From positions 8,866,001 through 8,930,000 of the forward strand of contig NC_043020.1 of the NCBI RefSeq assembly GCF_006345805.1: DNA of 64,000 nucleotides, read 5' to 3'. This stretch comes from Octopus sinensis. Its lineage: Eukaryota. Made by a program: the position numbers and the translations under genes. Each line of letters opens with the position of its first letter. Within the stretch, counting starts at the first letter, position 1. Positions 12,656 through 25,623 of the stretch are shown in pieces. Below the pieces are notes generated by a model. The model had not been told where the DNA came from and ran no database searches. It saw nothing but the letters and a program-made list of their open reading frames with translations.

Positions 12656-12888
12656 CTACACGCAAATATTTAAGATTAATGAATACAAAGCTTGCCCCCT
12701 AATCCCATGGTTTCAGGTTCTGCTCTGCACCCATGGTACCTTGAGCTAAACCCTGTGACTCGCTCATGCCTTGTGAGTGAAACCAGGAAAAAGAAACAAT
12801 ATGAAACTCATCACATCACAGTTTCACTCAGATGAAGGCTGAGCGAAATAGTGATGTGATGAGCTCCACATTTACATTCCCTCTAAAT

Positions 12889-13653
12889 CAGGGGTTATCA
12901 GCCATGTTTTATCCATGGACCCCTTCGATTACTATTTGATTCTGGTGGACCCTGTCATAACCAATTTGATGTTTAAAAACTAGTTTTATAAAAGCTTCTT
13001 TCAAAATTCCTATTTTGTTTTCCATAGCCAGCGCTGCCTCGACTGGCTCCAGTGCCGGTGGCACATAAAAAGCACCATCCGAACGTGGCCGATGCCAGCG
13101 CCGCCTTGGCTGGCTTCCGTGCTGGTGGCACATAAAAAGCACCATCCGAACATGGCCGATGCCAGCGTCGCCTTGGCTGGCTTCTGTGCCGGTGGCACGT
13201 TAAAAGCACCAACCGATCGTGGCCGATGTCGGACCCCCCTGGCACCTGTGCAGGTGGCACGTAAAAAGCACTCACTACACTCGTGGAGTGGTTGGTGTTA
13301 GGAAGGGCATCCAGCTGTAGAAACTCTGCCAGATCAGACTGGAGCCTGGTGCAGCCCCCGGCTTCCCAGACCCCGGTCGAACCATCCAACCCATGCTAGC
13401 GCGGAAAACGGACGTTAAACGATGATGATGATGATGTTCACTTGTGTGAGGTTGAACCATGTAATATGTTAGAGAGAGAAACCTCGCAGTTGTTTCTTGC
13501 AATGCATGCTAATACATACATCTAAAGGACAATTTTTTAAGGGGCCCTTAAAATATTACTGTGGAGCCCCTATTTACTATTTTGTTGCATGGACACCCAA
13601 AAATCTTATGTGGACCCCCCAGGGGCCATATGGACCCAAGTTGAGAACCCCTG
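12889..13653. mobile_element. hAT (Charlie-like) MITE with nested family D insertion
   Basis: TIRs CAGGGGTTATCAGC / revcomp CAGGGGTTCTCAAC; perfect 8-bp TSD CTCTAAAT (12881-12888, 13654-13661). Confidence 0.88.
13026..13436 (+). mobile_element. Family D with four ~67-bp internal tandem units
   Basis: Units start at 13052, 13119, 13186 and 13248. Confidence 0.88.
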
Positions 13654-14074
13654 CTCTAAATAATACAATAGGTTCTATAGATGTGCTGTCAAAGAACAGG
13701 TAAGGGTTGGTGACATGAAGGGCATCCAGCTGTAAAATACTACCCCAATGTCTTAATCCAATCCACACCAGTATCAAAAAGCAGATGAAAAAAATAAAAA
13801 GAGAAAACTAAAACAAACATATGTCCTTGAGCAAAACACTTCATTTCACTTTGCTGCAGTTCACTCTAGTGTAAATGAATAACTCTGCAATGGACTAATC
13901 TTCCGATCAGAGAGAATGTTAGCAAGCCTGCCTAGCTAGCAAGGTGTGGCATCATTCAAAAGTTAAAACAATGCAAAGCACATTGTCACCAGGGATGCAC
14001 AAGATCTGGTAGTCTGGTCAATCACGTGACATGTTTAAAAAAAAAAGACCCCTTTTGTCATGAATGCCTTTGGG

Positions 14075-14325
14075 ATTGCACCAAGAAAATTCCCCTCTGA
14101 AGTACAAGTCCAGGTAAGGTTGTCCCCTCTCCACACAACTGATGTTATCCAAGGGAAAGGCAAAGGGGCCAATACAGCTTGGCACCAGTGACATTGCAAC
14201 TCATTTCTACAGCTGAGTAAACTGGTGCAACGTGAAATAAAGTGTCTTGCTCAAGAACACAACACACAGCCTGGTCTGGGAATCAAACTCACTACATCTA
14301 ACCACTGAGCCATGCACCTTCACAC
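14075..14325 (-). mobile_element. SINE E
   Basis: Matches 4318-4560. Confidence 0.75.
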
Positions 14326-14912
14326 ATGACATGTAAGTATATATATATATACACATAGGTTGTCTAACCTATGTGATCATGGTAAAGTAGATGCTAAAAT
14401 GATGATTATGATGATACAATCTTTCACAGTAAATCTGTTCCTTTCCATCATAGGTTCCAAGCTATACAAGGTGACCCCATCAGTGCTGGTGTTGCAGAAA
14501 ACACCCAGTGTTCAGTAACAATGCAAGGCTTGAGAGAGCTTTTTAATCTTGCTGATGGAAAGGCAACCTTCATTGTGCTGGTGCTATGATAAATATACAC
14601 CCAGTACACTCTGTAAAGTGATGGGTGTCAGCTGTAGAAACTATGACAAAATGAGACATTGGAGCAAGACATGGTTTCCTGACTTATTGAATCCAGTTGA
14701 ACCATCCTATCCTTGCCAGCATGGAACGTAAAAGGTAAAACAATGAGGAGGAGAAGGGGATATATATATATATATATATCAATAATAACAAAGGGTAAAA
14801 TTAATCAATTAAGAAGTAATCGATAATTTCACCAAGTAGAATTCGGTATGAAAAAAGGACCATTTCACGGTAAACTTAAGTAATACTAATAAAAGGGTTA
14901 AGCAAAGAACTG

Positions 14913-14974
<62 letters not shown>

Positions 14975-15029
14975 ATATATTTGATTGTCAGATGAATTTA
15001 TTCATTTTTTCCCCATTTATTTTAATCCT

Positions 15030-15890
15030 TATTTTTAATCAACAATCTTAATAAATCAGTCAATAATGTATTCTCCTTCACTGTTTTGCCCACATTCTTT
15101 GATGATAGAAATCATCGGGTCTTGACTCAAAAAATTCATCAAGCCACATTTTTTAGCTCCATGTCATTGTTGGACAAAATGCCTCATAGACTGTTCAAGA
15201 GTGACCAAAAAAAACTAACAATCTGAAGAAGCTTTATCAAAAGAATACTGCATGCAGTCGAACTTTCCATCTAAGCTCTTGAATAGCATTTTTTGGTAAA
15301 ATTATCAACATGGGGACAAGCATTGCCATGTCAAGTCATTTCAGCTGGATTGCCATGTTGAGCTTTGCATTTTTTTAACATGAATCTCAGCATTAATTGT
15401 ATGGTTGTTTTATAGAATTTTCTAGTAGATTAGCCCTTCCTAATTCTATCAAACACAGATCATTGTCTTGCATCATTGCAACTCTGGCTTGGCTCAAGCT
15501 GTTGCTCGCTTGTCAGGACCTAACCATTCTTTCCTCTGCTTCATTCTGACATAAAGACACCATTTTCTTATCATTGGTGATACTGCAGTAAAGAAATCTG
15601 TGTTGTGTCCCTAAGTAGCTCTGGTGTCAAGCAAGCAAACAAGTGGATAGAAGAGTGCTGGAGTTTGACTCTTCTGTTCAGAGTATGTGGCACACATGCA
15701 CAGAGTTTTGTGACTTTACCCATCAAGTGAAGGTGACAGCCAATAGATTCTGCTGGACCAATTCCCGAGTGGGATTTGCACTGATGCAAATTCTTGTGGA
15801 TGAGCTCATTCAATCAATCTGCACTGAATTGAACAAACTGACTGGAATGTGGAGAGCCTGTGAGGTCAAATGTCCTTTCCTAGAAGCATG
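15030..15890 (-). mobile_element. Highly decayed mariner transposase relic
   Basis: Minus-strand pieces LHLMGKVTKLCACVPHTL (WVPHEL motif), FLYCSITNDKK (VTGDEKW-like) and IQELRWKVRLH (ELGWEVLPH-like); many stops and frameshifts. Confidence 0.7.
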
Positions 15891-16444
15891 AAAACCACTT
15901 CAGTAATAGCACCTTCCCTATATACAGTACAAATGTCCTGAGCAGCTTTGGTAGCTTGACTGAAAGTGAAGAGAAGTAGGGGAAGACTTGTGGAGTGGTT
16001 GGTGTTAGGAAAGGCATCCAGCTGTAAAACCCCTGCCAAAACAGACACAGTAGCCTTGGGTAGATTTTCTGGCCAGCTCTTGTCAACCATCCTACTCATG
16101 CATGGAAGATGGATGTTAAACAATGATGATGATGATGGTATCTATATATATAAATATACAGTTTCAGCAGCCACAACTTGACATTTTTCACTGTCATGTT
16201 AGGAATGTCCATCCTCTATTAGCTTTGGTCAGTCCTCAACTTTATGGTGTATGTCTCTGTCCAATGTAATTGAATGGGCTTCTAGATGTTATAAATCCTG
16301 ATGAGAAGCCTGATGTGTGTGTGTGTGTGTGTATGCCATCAAGGCAGTCTTGTAGCCCCTCCTCTTCCTTGACTTGTCTCCAAGCAAGGTAATAATTCCC
16401 CATGGCCAGACATGTTTTTGCATGTACTCTTTTTTTTTTTCATC

Positions 16445-16700
16445 AACATTATCATTTAACGTCCATTTTCCATGCTGGCATGGGTTAGATGGTTTTACTG
16501 AAAACTGGTAAGCTGGAGAGCCACACTAGGTTCCAATCTGATTTGGCAAGGTTTCTATGGCTGGATGCCCTTCCTAATGCCAACCACTCCAAGAGTGTAA
16601 TCGGTACTTTTTATGTGCCCCCAGCAGGGTGCCAGTCACGTGACACCAGTATCAGCCACAACAATTTCCCTTGGCTCAACGAGTCTTCTCAAGCACAGCC
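16445..16700 (-). mobile_element. Family D (diverged)
   Basis: Consensus match. Confidence 0.7.
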
Positions 16701-16896
16701 TATCACCAAATGTCTTGGTTCCCTGTTACTGTCCCCTTGAGATGCCAAAGGTGTCAGTCACATATAAATGCATTCAGTTAATTTATATGGAAGCATAAGG
16801 CAGCGTACTGACAGAACCTTTGGCATGCTGAGCAAAACACTTAGCGACATTTCGCCCGTCTTTACATTCTGAGTTCAAATTCTGTTGAGGTTGATT

Positions 16897-17288
16897 TACT
16901 CTTTACTCTTTTACTTGTTTCAGTCATTTGACTGCGGCCATGCTGGAGCACCGCCTTTAGTCGAGCAAATCGACCCCGGGACTTATTCTTTGTAAGCCCA
17001 GTACTTATTCTATTAGTCTCTTTTGCCGAACCACTAAGTGACGGGGACGTAAACACACCAGCATCGGTTGTCAAGCAATGCTAGGGGGACAAACACAGAC
17101 ACATATATATATATACATATATACGACAGGCTTCTTTCAGTTTCTGTCTACCAAATCCACTCACAAGGCATTGGTCGGCCCGGGGCTATAGCAGAAGACA
17201 CTTGCCCAAGATGCCATGCAGTGGGACTGAACCCGGAACCATGTGGTTGTTTAGCAAGCTACTTACCACACAGCCACTCCTGCGCCTA
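16897..17288 (-). mobile_element. SINE A inserted in an old B-like element (about 16795-17410)
   Basis: Consensus match; B-like halves on both sides. Confidence 0.88.
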
Positions 17289-17603
17289 TTTAGCGTTTCA
17301 TCCTTTCAGAGTTGATAAAATAAGTACCAGTTGCATACTGGGGTCAATGTAATCGACTTGCCTTGCTTCCCTGAAATTGCTGGCCTTGTGTCAAAATTTG
17401 AGACCAATTTATATGGAAATAATGTTTAACGGGGAAGGAAGAATTGAAGATGGTGGTTGAAGAGGCAAAACTATCAGAAGCGGATAAACAAGAAAATCTA
17501 AAGAACGAAAAGAAGAAAACTGAAGAATTAAATTCTATAAACACACAAACACATTATGGTGCTAAAGAACATCTACCTACATATCTTCCTACCATTCTAG
17601 GTA

Positions 17604-17819
17604 TGAGGGGCTGCTGAAAAGTTCCTGGCTTCAAGGCTTTTTGCAAAATGCCTGGTAGGAGGCCCAACCTACTGAGTTCTTTTTACAGGGCTTAGCAAAA
17701 ACTGAAAGACCACTGCAATAAGTATGCGGATCTGAGAGGGGAGTATGTTGAAGGAAATCTTAACTGATCCTCCTGTATTTTCATTTAGCCAAAGCTAAGA
17801 ACTTTTCAGCACCCCTTCA
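17604..17819. mobile_element. Mariner-derived MITE
   Basis: About 27-bp TIRs TGAGGGGCTGCTGAAAAGTTCCTGGCT / TGAAGGGGTGCTGAAAAGTTCTTAGCT with TA on both sides; interior resembles a mariner C-terminus. Confidence 0.8.
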
Positions 17820-17939
17820 TATACACAGCCTTCACTTCTTCTGTCCCCAACCTCCACAACACAAGGGAGCCTCAAGAGGGTAATCTGACCTGATAGAAAC
17901 TTCAGCTGCATCACCTCAAGTGATGCCCCCTACTATATT

Positions 17940-18143
17940 TCGCGCCGGGTGAAATGCTTAGTGGTATTTCGTCTGTCGTTACGTTCTGAGTTCAAATTCC
18001 GCCGAGGTTGACTTTGCTTTTCATCCTTCCGGGGGTCGATAAATAAAGTATCAGTTACGCACTGGGTCGATGTAATCGACTTAATCCCTTTGTCTGTCCT
18101 TGTCTGTCCCCTCTATGTTTAGCCCCTTGTGGGTAGTAAAGAC
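17940..18143 (+). mobile_element. SINE B, 5' truncated
   Basis: Matches 2814-3045. Confidence 0.85.
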
Positions 18144-19204
18144 ATATATATTTCAAAATATAAATCAAAGAAAAATAAGGCTGGATGGTCATGACTAAGA
18201 CATCTTCGATCATAGGTACACTTAGTAGCATCTGACCTAGGGTTGTACTATATAAGAACTATAAATACTGTTCCACATACAACGCAGAGACCAAACCAAC
18301 CGTTATTATCAAGATGATGTTGCAACATTGGGCTGATTATGTTCGACAACAGTGTCCAGTGAATCGCTGACCAACCTGTGTTCATACACAACCAGACATA
18401 CAGAGAGACACATACACACACCCCCAATCAAAGATATAGACAATCAATCACACATCAATACTTACAAGGAGTGTAGAAAGGTGGTGGTGTATCAGACATA
18501 ACAACATACCCATATATTCACACAAATACACACATATATGTACATATACACACACATATACAGATATACCTTTACTTATACATATAGACATACATATATA
18601 TCTCACGCATACAGAGTGGTGAGCTGCCAAAATTTTTAGTAACTGGTTTGCTCAGCTGCCAAAATCTTAACTGGTTTGTTGAGCCAGAGAAATCTTTTAT
18701 CATGGGTTCTGAAGAACAGATTATGGTTTTATTAGAAGACCTTAGGGGAAGGAAGTGGAAAAGAAGAAAATATCGATGGTTTCCACGTCATGGAAAGATC
18801 AATCAATCAATCAATCAATATAAAGATGGGGAAATTGGTAGAGTTTGTTATATGGATTGTTGTTGAAGATAGTATTTATCATACGGACTGTAGAGTGGAA
18901 TGTTCTGTTGCTTGAGTGCCTCAGCCAAGAGTGGAGAAACTGGGGTGAAAACTCAAGATGAGGGAATGATTCACTGAAGAGAAGAAGAGAGAAGAAGGAG
19001 AGTCACTAAATAGGATAGAGTGAAAGTGATAGGTGTAGTATAGAGGGGGAGACAGGGAAGTGGTGAGGGACGACAATACATCAAACACAGAGAATATTAT
19101 AGTCGCAATCACAGCTTAAAGTACTGTAAGGAGGCAAGAATGACCATGATGGTACAAGAACAGAAGCAAAGCAGGAGAAGAGGTGGTGACACACAAACTT
19201 ACAT

Positions 19205-19650
19205 TCTTTTACTCTTTTACTTGCTTCAGTCATTTGACTGCGGCCATGCTGGAGCACCGCCTGCCTTTAGTCGAGCAAATCGACCCCGGGACTTATTCTT
19301 TTTGTAAGCCCAGTACTTATTCTATCGGTCTCTTTTGCCGAACCGCTAAGTGACGGGGACGTAAACACACCAGCATCGGTTGTCAAGCAATGCTAGGGGG
19401 ACAAACACAGACATACACACACACACACACATATATATATTATATATATATATTATATATATATATTATATATATATACATATATACGACAGGCTTCTTT
19501 CAGTTTCCGTCTAACAAATCCACTCACAGGGCATTGGTCGGCCCGGGGCTATAGCAGAAGACACTTGCCCAAGGTGCCACGCAGTGGGACTGAACCCGGA
19601 ACCATGTGGTTGGTTAGCAAGCTACTTACCACACAGCCACACCTGCGCCT
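19205..19650 (-). mobile_element. SINE A
   Basis: Consensus match. Confidence 0.9.
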
Positions 19651-19759
19651 ACATTGGATGTGTATTACATATACAATCATCCATGTAAAAAAAAAAAAAG
19701 ATACATTGAAAGAGACTGTACATTTCCTTACTACCAACCGAGCACACAAATACATACAT

Positions 19760-19990
19760 GCATCTTTTAAAGTCTATTTTCCATGCTGGCATGAGTTGGA
19801 CGGTTTCACTGAAAACTGGTAAGCTAGGGAGCAGCATTAGGACCCAATCTGATTTGGCATGGTCTCTATGGCTGGATGCCCTTCCTAACACCAACCACCC
19901 CAACAGTGCAGCAAGTGCTTTTTATGTGCCACTGGCACAGGTGCCAGTTGCATAACACTGGCACTGGTCACAACTACGATCTCACTTGGC
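19760..19990 (-). mobile_element. Family D (diverged)
   Basis: Consensus match. Confidence 0.7.
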
Positions 19991-20516
19991 TTGACAGGTT
20001 TTCTCTAGTGTTGTATATCGCCAAAGATCTTGGTCGCTTATCACTGCCTCTGTATGGGACATTCCTGGATCCCTCTCTATGCACCCCGTCTCATCATTCT
20101 TACCACTGTCTCTTTCTTTCTCTCTCTCTAACCCTTGACACTAATCTCTTCCCCCTGTCCCTTTCATACACCCTCCTCTAATAACCTCTACTTTCTCACC
20201 CCCACCCCCACAACCCCTCACAGCTACAAATTTGTTTCTCACATCATCTTGCCCGTAATCATCACACTCACTCTCTCCCATTTTTTCCAGGGGCCTTAAA
20301 TGCAAGTTGCCAGGTGACATCACTGATGCTGGTGCGACATGAAAAATGCACCCAGTATACTCTAAAAAAAGTGGTTGCTATCATGAAGGGCATCCTGGCT
20401 TAGAGACCTAGCCGAAAGGGACATTGGAGCATGATGCAGTTCCCTGACTTGTTGGATGCTGTCAAACTGTCTAATCAAAGTCAACAAGGAGGGACAATGG
20501 TTAAATAGAAATATAC

Positions 20517-20750
20517 ATGCACAGGAGTGGCTGTGTGGTAAGATGTTTGCTTCCCAATCTCGGTTCTGGGTTAAGTCCCACTGCATGGCACCTTGGACAA
20601 GTGTCTTCTATTATAGCTTCGGGCCAACCAAAGCTTCGTGAGTGAATTTGATTGATGGAAACTGAAAGCCCATTGTGTGTGTGTGTATATTTACATATAT
20701 AAATATATATATATTTACACACACAAATATGTGTCATCATCATCATCATC

Positions 20751-20798
<48 letters not shown>

Positions 20799-20840
20799 CC
20801 AGTATGGCCGCTGTCAAATGACAAACAAATAAAAGAATAT
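20517..20840 (+). mobile_element. SINE A (internally deleted)
   Basis: Head and tail match. Confidence 0.7.
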
Positions 20841-21765
20841 GTGGATGTCCAAATTTGGTCAAATGTATTTTTTTCATTATATATTTTTGCTTGCAATAGC
20901 CAGTTCTTTTGGTCAAACTATCGTATCTCCAGCTGCTTCAGATGCCAAGATATCAAAAATTGTCGAAGTGTAGTACAATGGTTTTGCTATGGAAAGGTGA
21001 AACTATTCTTTACGTTTCCTGAAAAAGCAACGTTTTGGACTTACGACACTTTTGCATAATAGCAATGATATGAACACATCAGTATATCTATGTATAAGCA
21101 TGAGTTAGACTAAAGTTCCACCAGGAGAGAGACTTTTCTGCTAACATAAAAAAACACATCCACACATTTTTGCTTGTTTTGAAACTCAAGATGAGAGTCT
21201 GTCTCAGGACTCCAGCTTTGAGCCACTGACTGGAGTCATGAGACAAACTTTCAGTGTTGGTTTTAATCAAAGACCATATCCTGAGCACTCCTTTCCCATT
21301 CATCCAACATGAAGCAAAATCACGTATATATCATCACCATCATCAACCTCATTTTACATCCGTGTTCCATGCTGGCATGGGTCGGACAGTTTGATAGGAT
21401 CCGATATATCCAAGGACTTCATCGAGCCCTTCCCAACACCAACTATTTTACATCGTGGACTGGGTGACACTCGCACACATGCCTAAAGGAAAAAGCTTGA
21501 CTATGGATGCAGGGCTGGCTTTGTGGTTAAGAAGTTTGCTTCCCGACCATGTGGTCTCAGACTGTGGAATATGAACCCTGTAACAGTACTTATGAAATAA
21601 AGAAAACATAAATGGTATTTTATGCTTTAAGTAACATACACGTATTTCATTAACCTAACTGCTAGGATTACATACTTATTTTCTTATGCATGCACAAGTA
21701 CTTATCTTTGTACTCCACTGCTTTATATGTGTGTGTGTGTGTGGTGTGTGTGTGTGTGTGTGATG

Positions 21766-22165
21766 TATTCTTTTATTTGTTTCAGTCATTTGACTGTGGC
21801 CATGCTGCAGCATCGCCTTTAGTCGAACAAATCAACCCCAGGACATATTCTTTGTAAGCCAACTACTTATTCTATCAATCTCTTTTTGCCAACCACTAAG
21901 TTACAGGGATATAAACACACCAACATCGGTTGTCAAGCGATGGTGTGGGGGTCAAACACAAACACACAAATACATACATACATACATACATACATATACG
22001 TATATATATATGTGATGGGCCTCTTTCAGTTTCCGTCTACCAAATACACTCTCAAGGCTTTGGTCAGACTGAGGTTATAATAGAAGATGCCCAAAGCACC
22101 ACACAGTGGGACTGAACCTGGAACCATGTGGTTGGGAAGCAAGCTTCTTATCACACAGTCACAAA
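21766..22165 (-). mobile_element. SINE A (diverged)
   Basis: Consensus match. Confidence 0.8.
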
Positions 22166-22233
22166 ACAGTTGCCAGCACATCTGATGTATTAAGCCAAGA
22201 ATAAGAATAATTAGTTAACGAAAATTGACATCA

Positions 22234-22624
22234 TAGGTGCAGAAGTGGCTGTGTGGTAAGTAGCTTACTTACCAACCACATGGTTCCGGGTTCAGTCCCA
22301 CTGCGTGGCATCTTGGGCAAGTGTCTTCTGCTATAGCCCCGGGCCGACCAATGCCTTGTGAGTGGATTTGGTAGACGGAAACTGAAAGAAGCCTGTCGTA
22401 TATATGTATATATATGTATGTGTTTGTCCCCCCCCCCCAGCATTGCTTGACAACCGATGCTAGTGTGTTTACGTTCCCGTCACTTAGCGGTTCGGCAAAA
22501 GAGACCGATAGAATAAGTACTGGGCTTACAAAGAATAAGTCTCGGGGTCGATTTGCTCGACTAAAAGGCGGTGCTCCAGCATGGCCGCAGTCAAATGACT
22601 GAAACACATAAAAGAGTAAAGAGT
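22234..22624 (+). mobile_element. SINE A
   Basis: Consensus match. Confidence 0.9.
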
Positions 22625-22775
22625 ATCACCCAATCACTAATTCCAAGTGAAAATAAGGCAAAGGAAACAAGGCTGATATTTTACTTAAATATAAAATGCA
22701 GAAGGGAGAGAATCTCTTAGCAGTAAGTGATAACTCTCACCATGTTTCAGAGTTATAAGTCTTCCTCAGTGAAAT

Positions 22776-23085
22776 TACCATATTTGATGGCCTATAAGAC
22801 ACATGAGTGCATTGGACACACCCTACCTTAGGCTATACTTTTGTAAAATAAATTACCACTAGAATAATGCTTAAATTCCTCCACTTCCCTGAATGACTAA
22901 GTTATTACCAGTAGTTATAAGCAATTTATTGCATCCACATTCGATATAAACATAAAGTAGGCGATTGTTCACCAACAGATGGCAGCACATACTGTAGGTG
23001 AGTTTTGAGCCTGCATTGCATGCAGGGGGATTTTTAAGCCATTTTTGGGTAAAAAAATGTGTCTTATAAGCTATGATGATGCTGT
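22776..23085. mobile_element. Possible decayed Tc2/pogo-like MITE
   Basis: Starts TACCATATTTGATGGCCTATAAGACAC; partial inverted match GTGTCTTATAAGC near 23060. Confidence 0.35.
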
Positions 23086-23151
23086 TTTGAACCCAGTGTA
23101 GCATTGTATCCGAAGAAATGACTGCAGGGTAGGAACATATATATATATATT

Positions 23152-23345
23152 CATCATCATCGTTTAATGTCAGTTTCCCATACTGGCATTGGTTGGACTG
23201 TTTCACTGGGAACTGGCAAGCCAGGAGGTCGCACCTGGCTTCAATCTAATCTAGCAATGTTTCTACAGCTGGATGCCCTTCCTAACGTCAACCATTCCAA
23301 GGGTGTGGTGGGTGATTTTTACGTGCCACTGGCATGGGAGCTAGT
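23152..23345 (-). mobile_element. Family D (diverged)
   Basis: Consensus match. Confidence 0.7.
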
Positions 23346-24205
23346 CAGGGGTACATATACGACGGGATTGTTTCAGTTTCCATCTACCAAATCCACTCAC
23401 AAGGCTTTGGTCGGCCTGAGAGCCCAAAGTGCCATGCGGAGGGACTGAACCCAGAACCACGTGATTGAGAAGCAGGCTTCTTACCACACATCCACGCCTG
23501 CATGCAACCCTACCAACAAAAGGAAAACAAACACAACTGCTACTACCATTTCCCTACCAACCAGACACAATACCACCACCACCTCATGGTTGGCAGCTCC
23601 TTCCCTAACAATTAACAAAGTAATTTCCACACCACCAACAACAATGAGTGAGACTCTACGTCAGCCACGAGCAACCTGCGGCCCGCAGGGCGTTTTGAAC
23701 GGCATGCCTAATGAAGGATAACCATGACATTTTTTTTAAAGTAGTGCCACGAGCCTAATGAGGAGCAATGTCTCATGCGACCCGTTTCTCGAAAAAGGTT
23801 GTCCCTGCCTGATCTATGCGGTCACTCAACGACCCGCAAGAAATAGCAGCCAAATCTTCGCCCAACCACAGCAGCAGCCGCCACCCAGTGATTAACAACA
23901 CAAATCCACCACCTCTACCAACATAAGTATACAAAAAAAAAGGGAATAAGCAAAAGCTATCAGTTCTACGTGTAGATAAGACATTAAGATTATAGTGAGA
24001 GGGGGAGGACGGAAATACAACGAAGTAGGAGGAAGAGAGATAGAGGTGAAAGGATGAAAGAGGGAGAGAGAGTGAGGAGCGGAAAGAGAAGGATTTGAAA
24101 GGGAAATGCGAAAGAAGAATTATAAATTGTATGTATGTATATGCATACGTATGCACGTGATATATATATATATATAATATATGAATATATATATATATTA
24201 TTATA

Positions 24206-24850
24206 AGGGCTTTAAAATAAATTACTTTGCCACATACTGAACTCATTAGAAATAGCAAGCTAAAGAAATTTCTTCAGCTTTTCTAATACTTAAAGAAGAG
24301 AGAGATCTTCTTTAAGTAGTAGACTAGCTGAAGAAATTTCTTTAGCTGCTATTTCTAATAGTTCAGTATGCAAAGTATTTATTTTACTAAGCCCTTATAT
24401 ATAATGTAATATTTTTGATTCGCCTATAATGGTCCCCTTACATACTGAACACTGGTGAAACTGATTATAATTAATTAATTTTACCGCAATTGTTGAATTA
24501 TATATAGATATATTATATATATATATCATACTATACATCATTAGGCGATACAATGAATACGACTCTATATAACGAATAGTAATAGGCGATGAAAAACTGC
24601 CGTTCAACCGAAAATATCCTAAGTGACTCTTGGGACGAGTTTCGGGTATTCCACTTTTCAAACTGTATATATGTGTATGTATATATGTGTGTTGTGTGTG
24701 TGTGTGTATATATGTGTGTGTGTGTGTATATATGTGTGTGTATATATATTTTGGTGTGTGTGTGTAATTATATATATATATGTGTGTGTATATATATTTA
24801 TGTGTGAATATGTGTGTATGTATGTATGTATGTATGTATGTATATGTATG

Positions 24851-24886
<36 letters not shown>

Positions 24887-25169
24887 AAGGAGTAAATAAA
24901 TTACTTTGCCACATACTGAACTCATTAGAAATAGCAGCTAAGAAATTTAGCTATTTCTATACTTAAAGAAGAGAGAGATCTTAAGTATAGAAATAGCTGA
25001 AGAAATTTCTTTAGCTGCTATTTCTAATGATTCAGTATGTGGCAAAGTAATTTATTTTACTAAGCCCTTATATATAATGTAATATTTTGAATTCGCCTAT
25101 AATGGTCCCTTTACATACTGAACACTTGGAACTGATTAATAATTAATTAATTTTACCCCAATTGTTAAC

Positions 25170-25207
<38 letters not shown>

Positions 25208-25516
25208 TACATACATAGTATGAATATATATAGGCGATGAAAAACTGCCGTTCAAACCGAAAAGATCCTAAGTGACTCTTGGGACGAGTTTCGGGTATTC
25301 CACTTTTCAAACTGTATATATGTGTATGTATATATGTGTGTGTGTGTGTGTGTGTATGTATATATGTGTGTGTGTGTGTATATATGTGTGTGTGTATATA
25401 TATGTGTGTGTGTGTGTATGTATATATGTGTGTGTATATATATATATGTGTATATATATTTATGTGTGAATATGTGTGTAGTATGTATTATGTATGTATA
25501 TGTATGTATATATATA

Positions 25517-25555
<39 letters not shown>
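24206..25555. repeat. ~680-bp tandem duplication with indel-rich differences
   Basis: Palindrome, aatggtcccc segment, gacgagtttcgg segment and TG microsatellite all occur twice in order. Confidence 0.85.
24213..24386. repeat. Imperfect ~170-bp palindrome; second copy about 24892-25060
   Basis: aaataaattactttgccacatactgaa...ttcagtatg(tgg)caaagta(a)tttatttt with a nested AAGAAATTTCTT palindrome. Confidence 0.85.
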
Positions 25556-25623
25556 GTAGGTCCCGGGTTGAGTCGGGGTTAACCACAGTAAATAAGGTAC
25601 TCAATACATAGCAGAGTAAATTA

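Noticed and set aside
13052-13270. CRISPR-like repeat array
   Set aside because: Tandem units without unique spacers, inside a retroelement UTR; eukaryotic context and no cas genes.
22970-22990. CTCF-like CCAACAGATGGCAGCAC
   Set aside because: A single short motif inside a probable decayed MITE; expected by chance.
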